Source: Vicugna vicugna
Taxonomy: Eukaryota
DNA length: 64,000 nucleotides
NCBI GenBank assembly: GCA_013265495.1
Contig: MU058059.1
Span: forward strand, 3,077,502-3,141,501
Reading direction: 5' to 3'
Part shown: positions 51,800 to 62,710 of the stretch, in pieces
Numbering within the stretch: position 1 is the first letter of the stretch
How the letters are laid out: each line of letters opens with the position of its first letter
The notes under the pieces: generated by a model
Database searches by the model: none
What the model was told of the DNA's origin: nothing
The model's input: only the letters and a program-made list of their open reading frames with translations
Translations under genes and position numbers: made by a program

Positions 51800-52620
51800 A
51801 TCCTTCTGCACCGAAACGGAAGCGCTCCCTACAGCTGCTGGGTGTCCTGGCACGCTGGGGTCCCCGTCTCCTGTCCGTGGCTACCTGGGCTGTTTCTGAT
51901 CACAAGTGGCGCAGCGACCGTCTTGGAGACCCCAGGGCACGTCGTCAGAGGTGGGGATGTGCGGTCAAACTTGCCCACCTCCCAAGTGGGTCCCAACAAG
52001 TGTCCTACCTGCTGTCGCCTCAGCCAGTAGAAGGCGTTCACGTTGGGTTGAGAAGCCAAGGAGCTTTAACCTCCGGGCAGGGGACGGGGAGGCCGGAGCT
52101 CTGTGGGACCTGCAGCGGGAGGGGCGGGGCTGGGGCGGGGCAGCGGCTGCTCACGGCACAGATCCGGTGCCGGGCGCAGCGCCCCTTCCGCCATCTTGAA
52201 CAGGGGGTCGTGGGCGGGGCTTCTACACACTCTCCCCCCCCCAGGTATGCGCATGCGCGGACGTCCCTCGGAAAGGCACTCTTGCCTGCGGCGCCAGGTG
52301 AGAGGCCGCTGGACGCGACGCCCTGGGATCGAGTGGAGCCCGCCTCCGCACAGAGGAGGAAAGGTTAGACTTTATTTTAACGACCAGGTTCTATCTTTAT
52401 GTCCTGGGAACTGTTCACAGGCCTTGGCGGTGCGGGATCCCTCCTGCCTTCGCTCCTGCCCCTCGCGGTCCAGGGTGCGGGGCGCAGGCTGTGGTCTCCG
52501 ACTGCTTCCTGGGAATCCCGGCCGCCTTGGGACCCCGTGGTGACCCCGGGTGGAGGGCTGAAACCTCTCCAGCAACCTTTAGGCCTGCGTGGTGGCCCCC
52601 AGGCCTGGGCCCTGACCCTG
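51800..52620 (+). promoter_or_regulatory. CpG-island housekeeping-type promoter with candidate non-coding first exon
   Basis: Tandem GC boxes at 52121-52140; ETS/YY1 CTTCCGCCATCTT at 52185-52197; GC box near 52212; NRF1 TGCGCATGCGC at 52248-52258; donors CAG|GTGAGA (52297) and AAG|GTTAGA (52363). Confidence 0.85.
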
Positions 52621-52744
52621 TTAAAGCCCCATTTGTGTACACTCGGTGGCCCCTACAATGAGGAAGTAATCCTTTTTAGGAAGTTTTGCTGCTTCTAAGA
52701 GCTTCAGTATGCTTAAGCCTGTATGTTTCACCTGTTTGTCCAAA

Positions 52745-52747
<3 letters not shown>

Positions 52748-52782
<35 letters not shown>
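52748..52782. repeat. (TG)17 microsatellite
   Basis: Read directly. Confidence 0.98.
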
Positions 52783-52783
<1 letters not shown>

Positions 52784-53377
52784 TGGCAAACTGTGTAAAT
52801 CATTCAGGATCTTCCCTGTCCCGAGTTCTAAGGCTCAGGTGAGAGAGCCATTAGCTTGGCCTTTTGGGCAGGAGCGCAGGAGTCCCCAGGGAGGCTGCTT
52901 GCCTCTATGCCTTTGGTCTGGAAGGTCACTGCATATCCCACCAGCCTTTTCCCTGTCTAATGAAACTGCTCCCGTCTGTGAACCGTTCCTCTTCGGCATT
53001 TGGGAGAGGCCGACTTCCTAGGTTGGGGCAACTGAAATAGGTCATGTCTATGGTTTCTACACAGTCATGCTCCTGGGACCCCATTTCCGTGGGTTAGCAG
53101 GGTGGCAGGATTTAGCATGTGACAGGTTTTTATGGTAGCCACTGGGTTGTCGAAAAGCATAGCCTGTACTTGAATCGACCTTCAGGGGACAGCCGTTCTG
53201 TTCCCTTGGAACTCACTAAAGCCTGAACTGGGTGTTGAGTCTGTATAGTGACTGGCTGACCAGACACCAGGGTGCATTCTGGTGGCTCTGTGAATGCCCG
53301 TTCTCAGGCCTTCCCTGGTACTCTCATACTTTTACAACCCTTGTGACCAAGTTTGAACACCAGATCAGGCAAACTTT

Positions 53378-53781
53378 GGGAAGCAGGAGCTCAGCTCCAG
53401 AGCACAGGCTCCTGGACAGGCCGGGCGGGGCTGCTCTGTCCAATGAGCAGCGGGAGGGGGTGGGGCTGGGGGCAGGGCAGCTGCTGGGCAGGCTCCAGGT
53501 CGCAATGCCAGGCACAGAGTCTCTGCACATGGCCCCCCTCCACCATCTTGAACTGAGCGTCATGGGCAGGGCTCCTGCACACGGCCCAGCTGAGGTGTGT
53601 GCGTGCACGGACATCGCACACCAGGAACTCTGGTCTGAAGCCCCAGATTCCAAGCCTTTGCTCATGGTGTCCTGTGAAAGAGTGGATCTGGACTCAGCAC
53701 AGAGGAAGAAAGGCTAGATTTTATTTTATTACTCAGGTTCTATTTTTATTTCCTGGGTATTGTTCATGGGCTTTGCCGGTG
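53378..53781 (+). repeat. Degenerate direct duplicate of the promoter/first-exon module at 52050-52432
   Basis: Colinear blocks in both copies: gcagcgggagggg, ccatcttgaac, tgggcRgggct, cagaggaRgaaaggYtagaYtttatttta, caggttctatYtttat.tcctggg. Confidence 0.9.
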
Positions 53782-53814
53782 ACAAAACCTTAATTTTCTG
53801 CAGTAAAAATAAGG

Positions 53815-54190
53815 TGTGACAGGTTGTTTGCAAAGATGACTGTAGTAATCCCTCCCATCTGTGTGCACATCCTTTTGTGGGGTAACTTGGCCACTTCTGT
53901 CTCCATGAGATAGAGTTTTATTTTTCCACCTGTGGAATCTGGGCTGACTTGTGACTCACTTTGGCTAATAGAATGTGGAGAAAGTGATGTGGTTGGACTT
54001 TCAGGCTTCCAAAATCCTTGCGGCGACTTCTCTCTCTCTCTCTCTCTCAGTTCACATGATCTTAATCCTGAGCACACCCAAAACCTGGCTGGCCACCAGA
54101 CGGTCCCGTTTTTAGGAAGAGACAACAGGAGGCTTAGTGTGCTTCTGAGCAGTGGCCACATGAGGGGCTTCGTCTCCACAAGGCAGCACT
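53815..54190 (+). mobile_element. MaLR LTR (MLT1F/G-like)
   Basis: 'tgtgacaggttgtttgcaaagatg..cctcccatc..gaatctgggctgacttgtgactcactttggctaatagaatgtgg'. Confidence 0.75.
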
Positions 54191-54434
54191 TCTTACTGTT
54201 GAGTGATTTCCATGGTTAAAGGACAAAGCTCGGCTCCTACGTCATCCCCTCTGGCACATACTAAGGCTCTTCTCGCTTCAAGGAAGGAAGATGAAGAGTC
54301 TGAGACAATCCTAGTTAGCTTTATCTGGCTCAAAGGAAAGGGTACTTTTGATTTCAGTTAATGAACCAGCATACCAGGTTTTCATGGTGAAGAAATCAAC
54401 TTAATGTGTTGAAACTAACATTTTTTAAAATGGC

Positions 54435-54925
54435 ATTTGTACACACATGTTCACAGCAGCATCATTCACAACAGCCAAGAAGAGGAAGCAACCCAGGTAT
54501 CCATCGACATATAAATAAATAAGCAAAAAGTGGTTTATACATACAATGGGATATTATTCGGCCTTGAAAAGAAAGGAGATTCTGACACCTGATACAACAT
54601 GGATGAACCTTGAGGACATCCTGCTAAGTGAAGTAGCCCGTCACAGAAGAACAAAATCCACTTATACGAGGGGCCTAGAGTAATCAAATTCATAAAAACA
54701 GAAAGTAGAATGCTGGTTGCCAGGGGCTGGGGTGAAGGAGGGAATAGGAGATTATTGCTTAACGGGTAGGGAGTTTCAGTTTAAGATGATGGAAAATGTT
54801 CCACTGATGGATGGTGGTGATGGCTGCACAGCAGTGTGAATGTACTTAATGCCACAGAACTGTATGCTTAAAAATGGTAAATTTTATGTTATGTACATTT
54901 TACCACAATAAAAAGTAATTATAAT
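54435..54925 (+). mobile_element. L1MB-like 3' end
   Basis: 'atgttcacagcagcatcattcacaacagccaa..acaacatggatgaaccttgaggacat..gtgaatgtacttaatgccac..ttttaccacaataaaaa'. Confidence 0.88.
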
Positions 54926-55849
54926 AAAATGAAATAGAGTAAAATACAGGTTACATGGATGTGTTCACTGTGGGAAAGTTCACCAAACTCTACACATGCG
55001 ATCGTGTATCTTGCTGTGTATTTGCTTCAATAAAAGAAGTAATTATTTTAAAGTGGAACAGAAAGTGTCAGCAGCGTTGCCTGTAGTAAGGATTGGGGAT
55101 GTGTGCGTGTGCACACATGTGTGTGTGTGCTGAATCATGATGTAAAATGTATTTCCGGTTGTTGTTTTTTAAAAATTGAGAAAACATTATGCTAGGGGCT
55201 AGTCTCCATTTCCCACGGCTGTGGCTCCTTCCTTTTTGAATTTGATGTGGTTTTCCCAGTGGAAGTGATTTAATTTTGACTTTCAGTTTCTCAAGCAGAA
55301 AAATCCTATCCCTTGGGCCGTCTCTCCATCATAATCATTTTTCTCCATCTGACTGCTCACGGTAACTAGATTTCACATGCTAGGTTGGCCAGGAGGTTCA
55401 CGTACTGACATTCTATCATCTTGCTCCATGGACTGTTCACGAAAACATTAGCATACGTTGTGATGAGGAATTATGACCTGGGCTTTACGCTTCCATTCAG
55501 AAAAACTAGAATTCCTTAAGTCATGGAGTGTTTGGACTTAAAAAAGTCATTGGTGGTTATGGCTTCTAAACCTCTTACTCGTAGGCATCCTCTCAGTGAC
55601 ACCCAAACTGACAGGTTGTTCGTCTTGTGCCTGAACGCTTCAGTGACAGCGAGGGCTCCCAGTGCATTGCTGAGCAGCTTCCGTTGTGGAAAGTGTGTGA
55701 GAACAGCTTCGTGGTAGAGTTGGGTGGCTTGCAGAGACATCTCAGATCACCTGACAAACAGGCTTCTGGACATGTTACCACATTTCAAAGGCATCCTTCC
55801 TGGGGACTGTGTATTGGCTTCTAAGAGTGCCCTTTATCCTTTGGCAAGT

Positions 55850-56270
55850 GACTGTGCAGTTTTCCCAACACCATTTACTGAAGAGTCTGGCCTTTCTCTG
55901 TTGTGTATTCCTGGCTCCTCTGTGTACAGTAATTGGCCATAACATGCATGGGTTTATTTATGGTCTCTCTATTCTGTTCCGTTGATCTGTGTGTCTGCCT
56001 TTATGCCAGTACCATACTATTTTGATTACTGGAGATTTGCAGTATAGTTTGAAATCAGGGAGTGTGATGCCTCCAGCTTTGTTCTTTTAGGATTGTTTAT
56101 TCTATTTCTGGGAAAACGCCATTGGAATTTTGATGGAGATTGCATTGAAGCTGTAGTTTGCTTTGGGTGATATGGACGTTTTAACAATATCAATCCTTCC
56201 AAACCATAAGCACGAATGAGTCTTTCCACTTATTTGTGCCTTCTTCAGTTTCTTCCATCAGTGCCTTACA
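55850..56270 (-). mobile_element. L1 ORF2 fragment
   Basis: 'cagttttcccaacaccattta..ctattctgttcc.ttgatct..ccagtaccatact..ttttgattac..tgcctccagctttgttctt'. Confidence 0.88.
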
Positions 56271-58142
56271 GGACCTTGAATGCTGCCCTTGCAGAGCCCA
56301 GTGGGGATACGGGTTACTTTACGTTGAACCAGATGCAGAGCGATGCATTTGTCATACAGCGGTCCCGCAGGCAGGCCTCGTTTTACTGCGCTTCACAGAC
56401 GTTGCGGGTTTTTTTTCCTGCCATTGAAGGTTTGCAGTAAGCATTCCCACATAAGATGGCAAAGTAATCAATAAATGTTGTGTGTCCTGACTGCTCCACC
56501 GGCAGGCCATTCTCTCTCTCCCTCTTCTTGGCTGTCCTATTCCCTGAGACACAACAGTATTGAAATTAGGACAATTAATAACCCAACAGTGGCCTCCAAG
56601 TGTTCAAGTGAAAGAAAGAGTCAAAATTTCATTGTTGTCTTATTTTAAGAAGCTGCTGCAGCCACCCCAGCCTTCAGCAACCCCCACCCTGACCAGTCAA
56701 CAGGATTCAGCAGCCAGACAAGGCCCCCCTACAACAAAGAGAATATGACTCGTTTTTGAAGGCTCAGGTGACGGTTAGCACTTTTCAGCAATAAAGCATT
56801 TTTAATCAAGGTACGTACATTGTTTTTTTAGACCTAATGCTATTGCACACTAAATAGACCTCAGTATAGTGTCAACATAACTCACGTATGCACCAGGAAA
56901 CCGAAAAACTCATGTGACCTGTTTTACTCTGATACTCACTTTATTGCAGTGTTCTGGAACTGTACCCGTGATGTCTCTGAGGTCTGCCTGTATAGCCTTT
57001 GCAAAACAAAATGCAGTGTGCATCAACATTGCCGAATTAAGCACTCATCATTGTAGTCCCAACTCACAGGAAAGCAACTGTCAGAAAAACTGCAAAACTT
57101 AGACTGTCTCATCACAGATGAATCTCTTCATAAGAATAAACATAAAAGTGAGGCTGTGGCCAAAGTCAGTTTCTGAACAGCTCATGTATTAGTCCAGCAA
57201 GGAGAGCCATTTACTGGCAGTGACTCAGTCGAATCATGTTTGATTGTAGCGGCCAACAGAATGAGTACAGAGGAAATAAACTTGTTTGAGATGATAATCC
57301 TTTTCGTGAAAACAGTTGCTTGAAGAGTAGAGGATATTGGGAGAAACATCAGTGGTTAATTTTTTTAAAAGAGGAAAACTATCAAGTGTCTTCCCTTAAC
57401 TCTTGAGGACTTGACAGATGAGATTGAAAATGCTCCGTTTTGTTATTTGAGGAGTCCGTCCCAAGTTAAAGTGACTGAAGAATTAGCCTCTGAATAGTCT
57501 GCGTGAAACAAACTATCAGCAAGGATATTTTCAAAGTTGACAGAACCCTGATTCAGTACCACCTATAGCAGAAGATGCTAAGATGTGTTGCAACCAAGGC
57601 AGTAAATAATGTGTGGAGCAGAGCGGTTTGGTGGTACAACTTTTAAAAGCTTGTGACAATGTAAGTTGTTTATATCCAAACGTTATTCATTGTATTATTC
57701 ATCAGCAGGTATTTTGCAAAAAATATTTTAACCGACCTTGTGTTATTGAACAAGTAGCATCAACGGTGAACTTCATTTGCTCTCATGAACTTGATTATCA
57801 TCGGTTCCATAAACATTTTCCCAGAAGTAGATTAATACCCTGACTTGCACTACTATATAGCAGTTTGATGACTTAGCAGTGGTAAAAATGTGATTGTGAT
57901 TTCTTGAGCTCAGGACACAGATTGAAATTTTTCTGAATACAAAGAACCTTTTTCAACCACAATTATCAAACATTGAATGGCTTTAGAAATTAGCTTTTGC
58001 TGCAGATTTTTTCACATTGTGGAAATATGTTCTCTGCCTTCTTATGTAAGTACTACATAATATCCTCACTTTTTTCCTCTTGGCCTGAAAAGCCTAAAAT
58101 TTTTACTGTCTGGCCCTTACAGAAAGTTTCCTAATCCCTAGT
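56271..58142 (+). mobile_element. hAT-Charlie (Charlie2-like) transposon with decayed transposase, interrupted by Tigger1
   Basis: Peptides GEPFT..ESCLIVAA, KTVA*RVEDIG, SLTLEDLTD, VIHCIIHQQVFC, DLHYYIAV**LSSGK, FLELRTQIEIFL and EWL*KLAFAAD; terminus 'aagcctaaaatttttactgtctggcccttacagaaagttt'. Confidence 0.88.
56368..56990 (+). mobile_element. Internally deleted Tigger1 (TcMar-Tigger)
   Basis: TIRs caggcaggcctcg (56368) and tgaggtctgcctg (ends 56990, followed by TA); internal 'attccctgagacacaacagtattgaaattagg' and 'ccaccccagccttcagcaacc'. Confidence 0.9.
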
Positions 58143-58823
58143 TTAAGACATTAGAATTCCATGCATATTTACTGAACAGTAATTTTTCACTTACTTAAGT
58201 GTTTTGATTATTTTTTTTTAAAGTGCTTCATCTTAAGTAGGAAATCAGTGGAGTTAGTTTATAATCCTGAATTTCCTATTTTCTGCACCAAAGCATTTAC
58301 TGCAGTGATTTAAAAAGTAAATGAACAAATCAGCTGAAAAACCCTAAAAAGAGACATGTGAACTATGGAGATGTGTGCAGGAAAAATGACAATAAATAAG
58401 TACTTAGAAGTGTTGAATGTGTCACTATAGTCTTTTGCTTGCTCTGTTGTCCGTAGTTCCAGGAATTTTTCATATTTCCCTTTAATAACTGTTCGCAGAA
58501 TTTTATTAAGATAGACTCTCCTAAGTAAATGAGCAGATACAGTTGTCATCAAATTGTAATGCTAGGCAGTATAATTCTCACTTTGTCATATTAGGAAGTG
58601 ACAAATGAAAATGCATTCAATTTATCATTACTTTGTTATGTGCTAAGGGATTAGCAGGCAACTATAAATATATAATTGCTTGAAAAAACTAGTTTCCTGA
58701 AAACCTGTGGGAAAGTTTTAATTTTTGTATCCCAGATAATGTTTTGGTTGTAGCTCTTATTCATGTGCTCCATTTTGAATTAATACATAAAATTACAGTC
58801 TGTTTGGCTTTTTTATTTTACAG

Positions 58824-58925
58824 ACTGGCCTATTATTTTGTGTTTTGACGGCCCCAGGGCCAAAGCAGCATTTCTCGCAGATTCTTAAAACTGCAGTAGA
58901 AAGATGTGACTGTCTACCTCTTTTG
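58824..58925 (+). other. Candidate internal exon (102 nt) of an unidentified plus-strand transcript
   Basis: Acceptor 'ttttttattttacag|' and donor 'TTG|gtaaga'; lies in non-repeat sequence; no recognisable protein. Confidence 0.35.
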
Positions 58926-59204
58926 GTAAGAGGAGTTTGTACCTCTGCTGGAGCCTGGCCTTCATCTGACAGAAGCAAAAAAAATCCATTTAATAACTTC
59001 AAAATACTGGAAGAGATCTCCAATAGGCTAAGTTCAGATCTCTCATTTTACAAATGATGACATCTGTTCTTTATTCCAAAAACATAATTTGTAAATATTT
59101 TTGTTAATTTTTTTTGAAATCTCAACATTTTTTTAAAGGTTGAAGTCCACTCTCCAGACCAAGTACAATGTAAAAACTTCCAGTACATAGTATATTTTCT
59201 AACA

Positions 59205-60000
59205 TAGGTTCCCACGTTCATGGAACTGATTATTCAGTATTATTAAGAAGCCAATTCTTTCCCCAAATTGGTCTATATATTCAACATAATTCCAATCAAA
59301 ATCCCACTAGTTATTTTTAAGAAATTGGTAAGCCAAGTCTAAAATTTGTCAAGAAATGCATAATATCAAAAATACCCAGAATTTTAAAAATTATAATACA
59401 AAGGTAGAGGAATTACCTTACCTGATTTCAAGGAAGTAATTAATACCATAATTAAGGCAGTGTAGTATTATTGTCATAGGGTAGGAATAGGAATCAATGG
59501 ATAGACATGAGGTCAATGGAGAAGAATATACAGTCCAGAAACAGATGCACACGTATATGGCCAGTTGATTTTTTTTTAACATACCAAGGTAATTCAACGG
59601 GGAAATAATAAATTTTTCAACAAACATTCTTGAATATCCACTTGGATAAAACTTAACCTTGACCCTTACCTCATACCACATATTAAAGTGAATTTGAAAT
59701 GGGTGATTGACCTAAATCTAAAAGTTAAAACTTTAAAGCTTCCAGGAGAAAAGGTAAGAAAATTTTTGCCACCTTGGGGTAGGCAGAGATTTCTTAAGGT
59801 ACCAAAGACATGGGTCATTAAAGAAAAAAATCATAAATTCGAGTTCATCAAAGTTAAGATTCTTTGCTCTTCATAAAACACAAATAAGAAAATGCAAAGA
59901 TAAGCCACACTGGTAGGAAATTTTTACAGAATCTGACAAAGGACAGATATATTCAGAATATATGAGGAATTCTTACAACTCAATAGTAAGACAGTCATCA
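59205..60000 (+). mobile_element. Ancient L1 ORF2 fragment
   Basis: 'attcaacataattccaatcaaaatccca', 'tcaatgga..gaatatacagtccagaaacaga', 'gacctaaatctaaaagttaaaact..aagcttccaggagaaaa'. Confidence 0.8.
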
Positions 60001-60448
60001 TTCTGATTTTAAACCATTTTTTAAGCAAAATAGTTAACAAAAAGTCATTTATTTTAAATTTGCTAATGATGGAGGAAGAAATAAGGCATTAACACTTTAA
60101 TAAACAAATGTCTTTTGATTGAAGTGCAAAAAAAACCAATTCTACGTTATGTTATCTAGACAGTTATGGAGATGTTCAGTGTTCGTGGCATAGTCCTGCT
60201 CACCTAATTGTTTGGTTACAGCTACATAAAACCTTGTTAAAATTCTATACCAATCACAAGTTTAAAAGTATTGGTGTCTATGCAGAAAGGATGCAAGAGG
60301 AAAGGGCTTTGCTTTACTACATACCGAAGGAAGGCTACCAGCCCTGAATATTTTATTTCAAAAGCTCATTTCAAAATACTGGAAAAAAAAAAAAGAATGA
60401 GTCACAGGAGTGTTTTTCACTTGGAGTCTGCAGTGAAGGGCTACTACT

Positions 60449-60462
60449 GTTGCCATAGCAAC
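60449..60462. promoter_or_regulatory. RFX X-box (GTTGCCATAGCAAC)
   Basis: Matches the palindromic X-box consensus GTNRCCATRGYAAC. Confidence 0.55.
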
Positions 60463-62171
60463 CGGATCACTAGATGACTTTGCAAAGGAAGTGTCTCTCC
60501 AGACCAGCTGCCTAGTGGCAGCTGTCCTCATTTGCATCTTTCTCAGTAACGTTGCTTCCAGATGCTTCTGGAACATTGATCTCAATTTCATGGAACCTCA
60601 GTGATGACCCTCTCTCTGTTCCTCTCCATCTCAAAACCAGCTCCCTTGTCAACACAGCTCCAACATAGGTCAGTTCCCTGCCCCACTTGCCCTGCTAGAA
60701 GATAGTGACTTATCATGTGAGGAACCAAAGCCTGCCAATGAACTAGGAGTCAGCCCTCTTGCATCTTAAAATAGAATCCTGGGCAGGGGCCCATTCAAGT
60801 TTTTAGTTTTGAGCACTGCTCTCAAGCACTGGAACTAAGGCCAGTACTTGGGAGAATGGACGTAGGAAAGAATTGTGGTTGGGGGCTTAGACACTTCAGT
60901 TAGATACATCTGATGCCAAAGGTCAAGTTCTCCCTGTCCCACTTCCTCTCACCCCTGCCCTCCCTCACCCCTCATCCCCCATGGGGAAAAAAAAAACCAG
61001 TGAGGCAGAGATTGCTATGCAGGAGTTAACTGGGGGCTTACACCACCTGTAAAGGGAAAGGAAGCAGGGTGGGCCGAGGGAGGAGTTCAGTGGCAGTTCA
61101 TTTACGGTAGAGCCTCGGCTGACCCCCCAGGGCACTACGGAGCTGCTTGGGCCTTAAGGGCTGGCCTTCCTTTGCCAGAAATTTGAATGCACAAAGTCAG
61201 TCCACCACAGAGATGCGCAGCTCAAGGTCACTAGGACTGGGGGAGCTCAGAGGTCCCACAGGTTTGCTGGCACCTGGAGGACAACCTCTGCCCGGTCATG
61301 CGGACAGTGCTGGCTCACGTGAGTGTGCAGTGACGCTGAAAACGGTCCATCTCAGACTGGCCAGGTGTTCAGTGTAACAAGAACACCTGTTCCCCTTGCA
61401 GGGAGCTCCAGAAATCATTCCAGACTTTTGTTGAGCATTTCAGAGGTTGATGCTAAATTGTAAAAAATCACTTAAAGGTGTTTCCCAGAGAGGGAACCCC
61501 TAAGTTCTGGATCTCACTATGCCTACTTCATGATCAGGAATTCCAGTCAGTAATTCATTAAGATGTGATTTTTGTGTGTCGTTCACATTGGTCTTTTTAA
61601 CATTGCTTTGAGCTTACTGCAGTAGTTGTATCGGGATTTGGGGGTGGGGTGGGGTGGAAATTGATTTAATTTTCCCTAAATTCATATATACAAAAACGAA
61701 GGAAGTTGCTTGTGTGCTGGCTCAAATTGTTCTATGTAAAAATACTGTTAAAAGATACAGCAAAGTTATTCTAGTAGCTTCAGTTTGTTTCTGGGTTTTT
61801 TTGAAACTGTAAGCCAAGTCCTTTATGAAGATTGTAACAGTGGAAAACCGTGCACTTTTTTAAAGAAGTCGCCATATATAAAATGTTTGAGAAATTTAAT
61901 TTTATTTCACCTGTGCAGACACAGAGTTTGGAGGAATACAATGAACACTAACTTTTGTAGATACTTACTACATTTCTTTACATGGTTTCACTGCCAGTGT
62001 GTATTATACAGAAAAAAAGCTTTCGTAAATTGATTCCAAAGTAGATGCCAATGGTTTACATTTTTTGTTTAAAAATTAACTTTTATAAAATGAAATGCTT
62101 TTTAAAAAGGTTGCTGGGCTGCTTCTGATGCAGCGGGTTGGCTCAGCACCCCCCAGAGGATGCTAACTACT

Positions 62172-62710
62172 GGGCTAGTTTTCCATCGCTGCCAAACCAA
62201 CTCCCACAAACTGAGGGCTAAAAGCAACACCCATGTGTTAGTTCACTGTTCTGCACATCAGAGGTTACATGAGCTTGGCTAGGTCCTCTGCTTGAGTTCA
62301 CCTCCGAACTCGAGGTGACAGCCAGGCCTGGCTCTTTCCTGGTTTGTTCAGTTGTAGGACCGAGGTTCCTGTTTGATTGCTGGCTGATGGCCAGGGTGTC
62401 GCTCTCAGTCCTAGCAACCAGTCCCCAGTCCTCGTATGTTGCCCTCTCCACCTTCAAGGCCAGCAAATGGCGTGGAATCTTCTGCCTCTTCTCCTGCTGA
62501 CATCCTCTTACGCTCCCAGCTGATGAGAACTCAGTGCTGTAAAGGGCTCTTGTGAGGCTAGGTCCACCCAGAGAATCTCCCTGTATCAAGTTCAGCTGCT
62601 TATCAACCTTAATTACATCTGCAAAATCTCTTTTGCCATGTAACATAAGATATTTGTGGGAGTACAACCAGGGCAGAAGGTCAAGGGGCCATCTCAGAAC
62701 TCAGCCCATG
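62172..62710 (-). mobile_element. MaLR LTR (MLT1E/F-like)
   Basis: 'tagttttccatcgctgcc..cccacaaactgagggctaaaagcaacaccc', 'ccttaattacatctgcaaaatctcttttgccatgtaac', 'ggggccatctcagaactc'. Confidence 0.8.
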
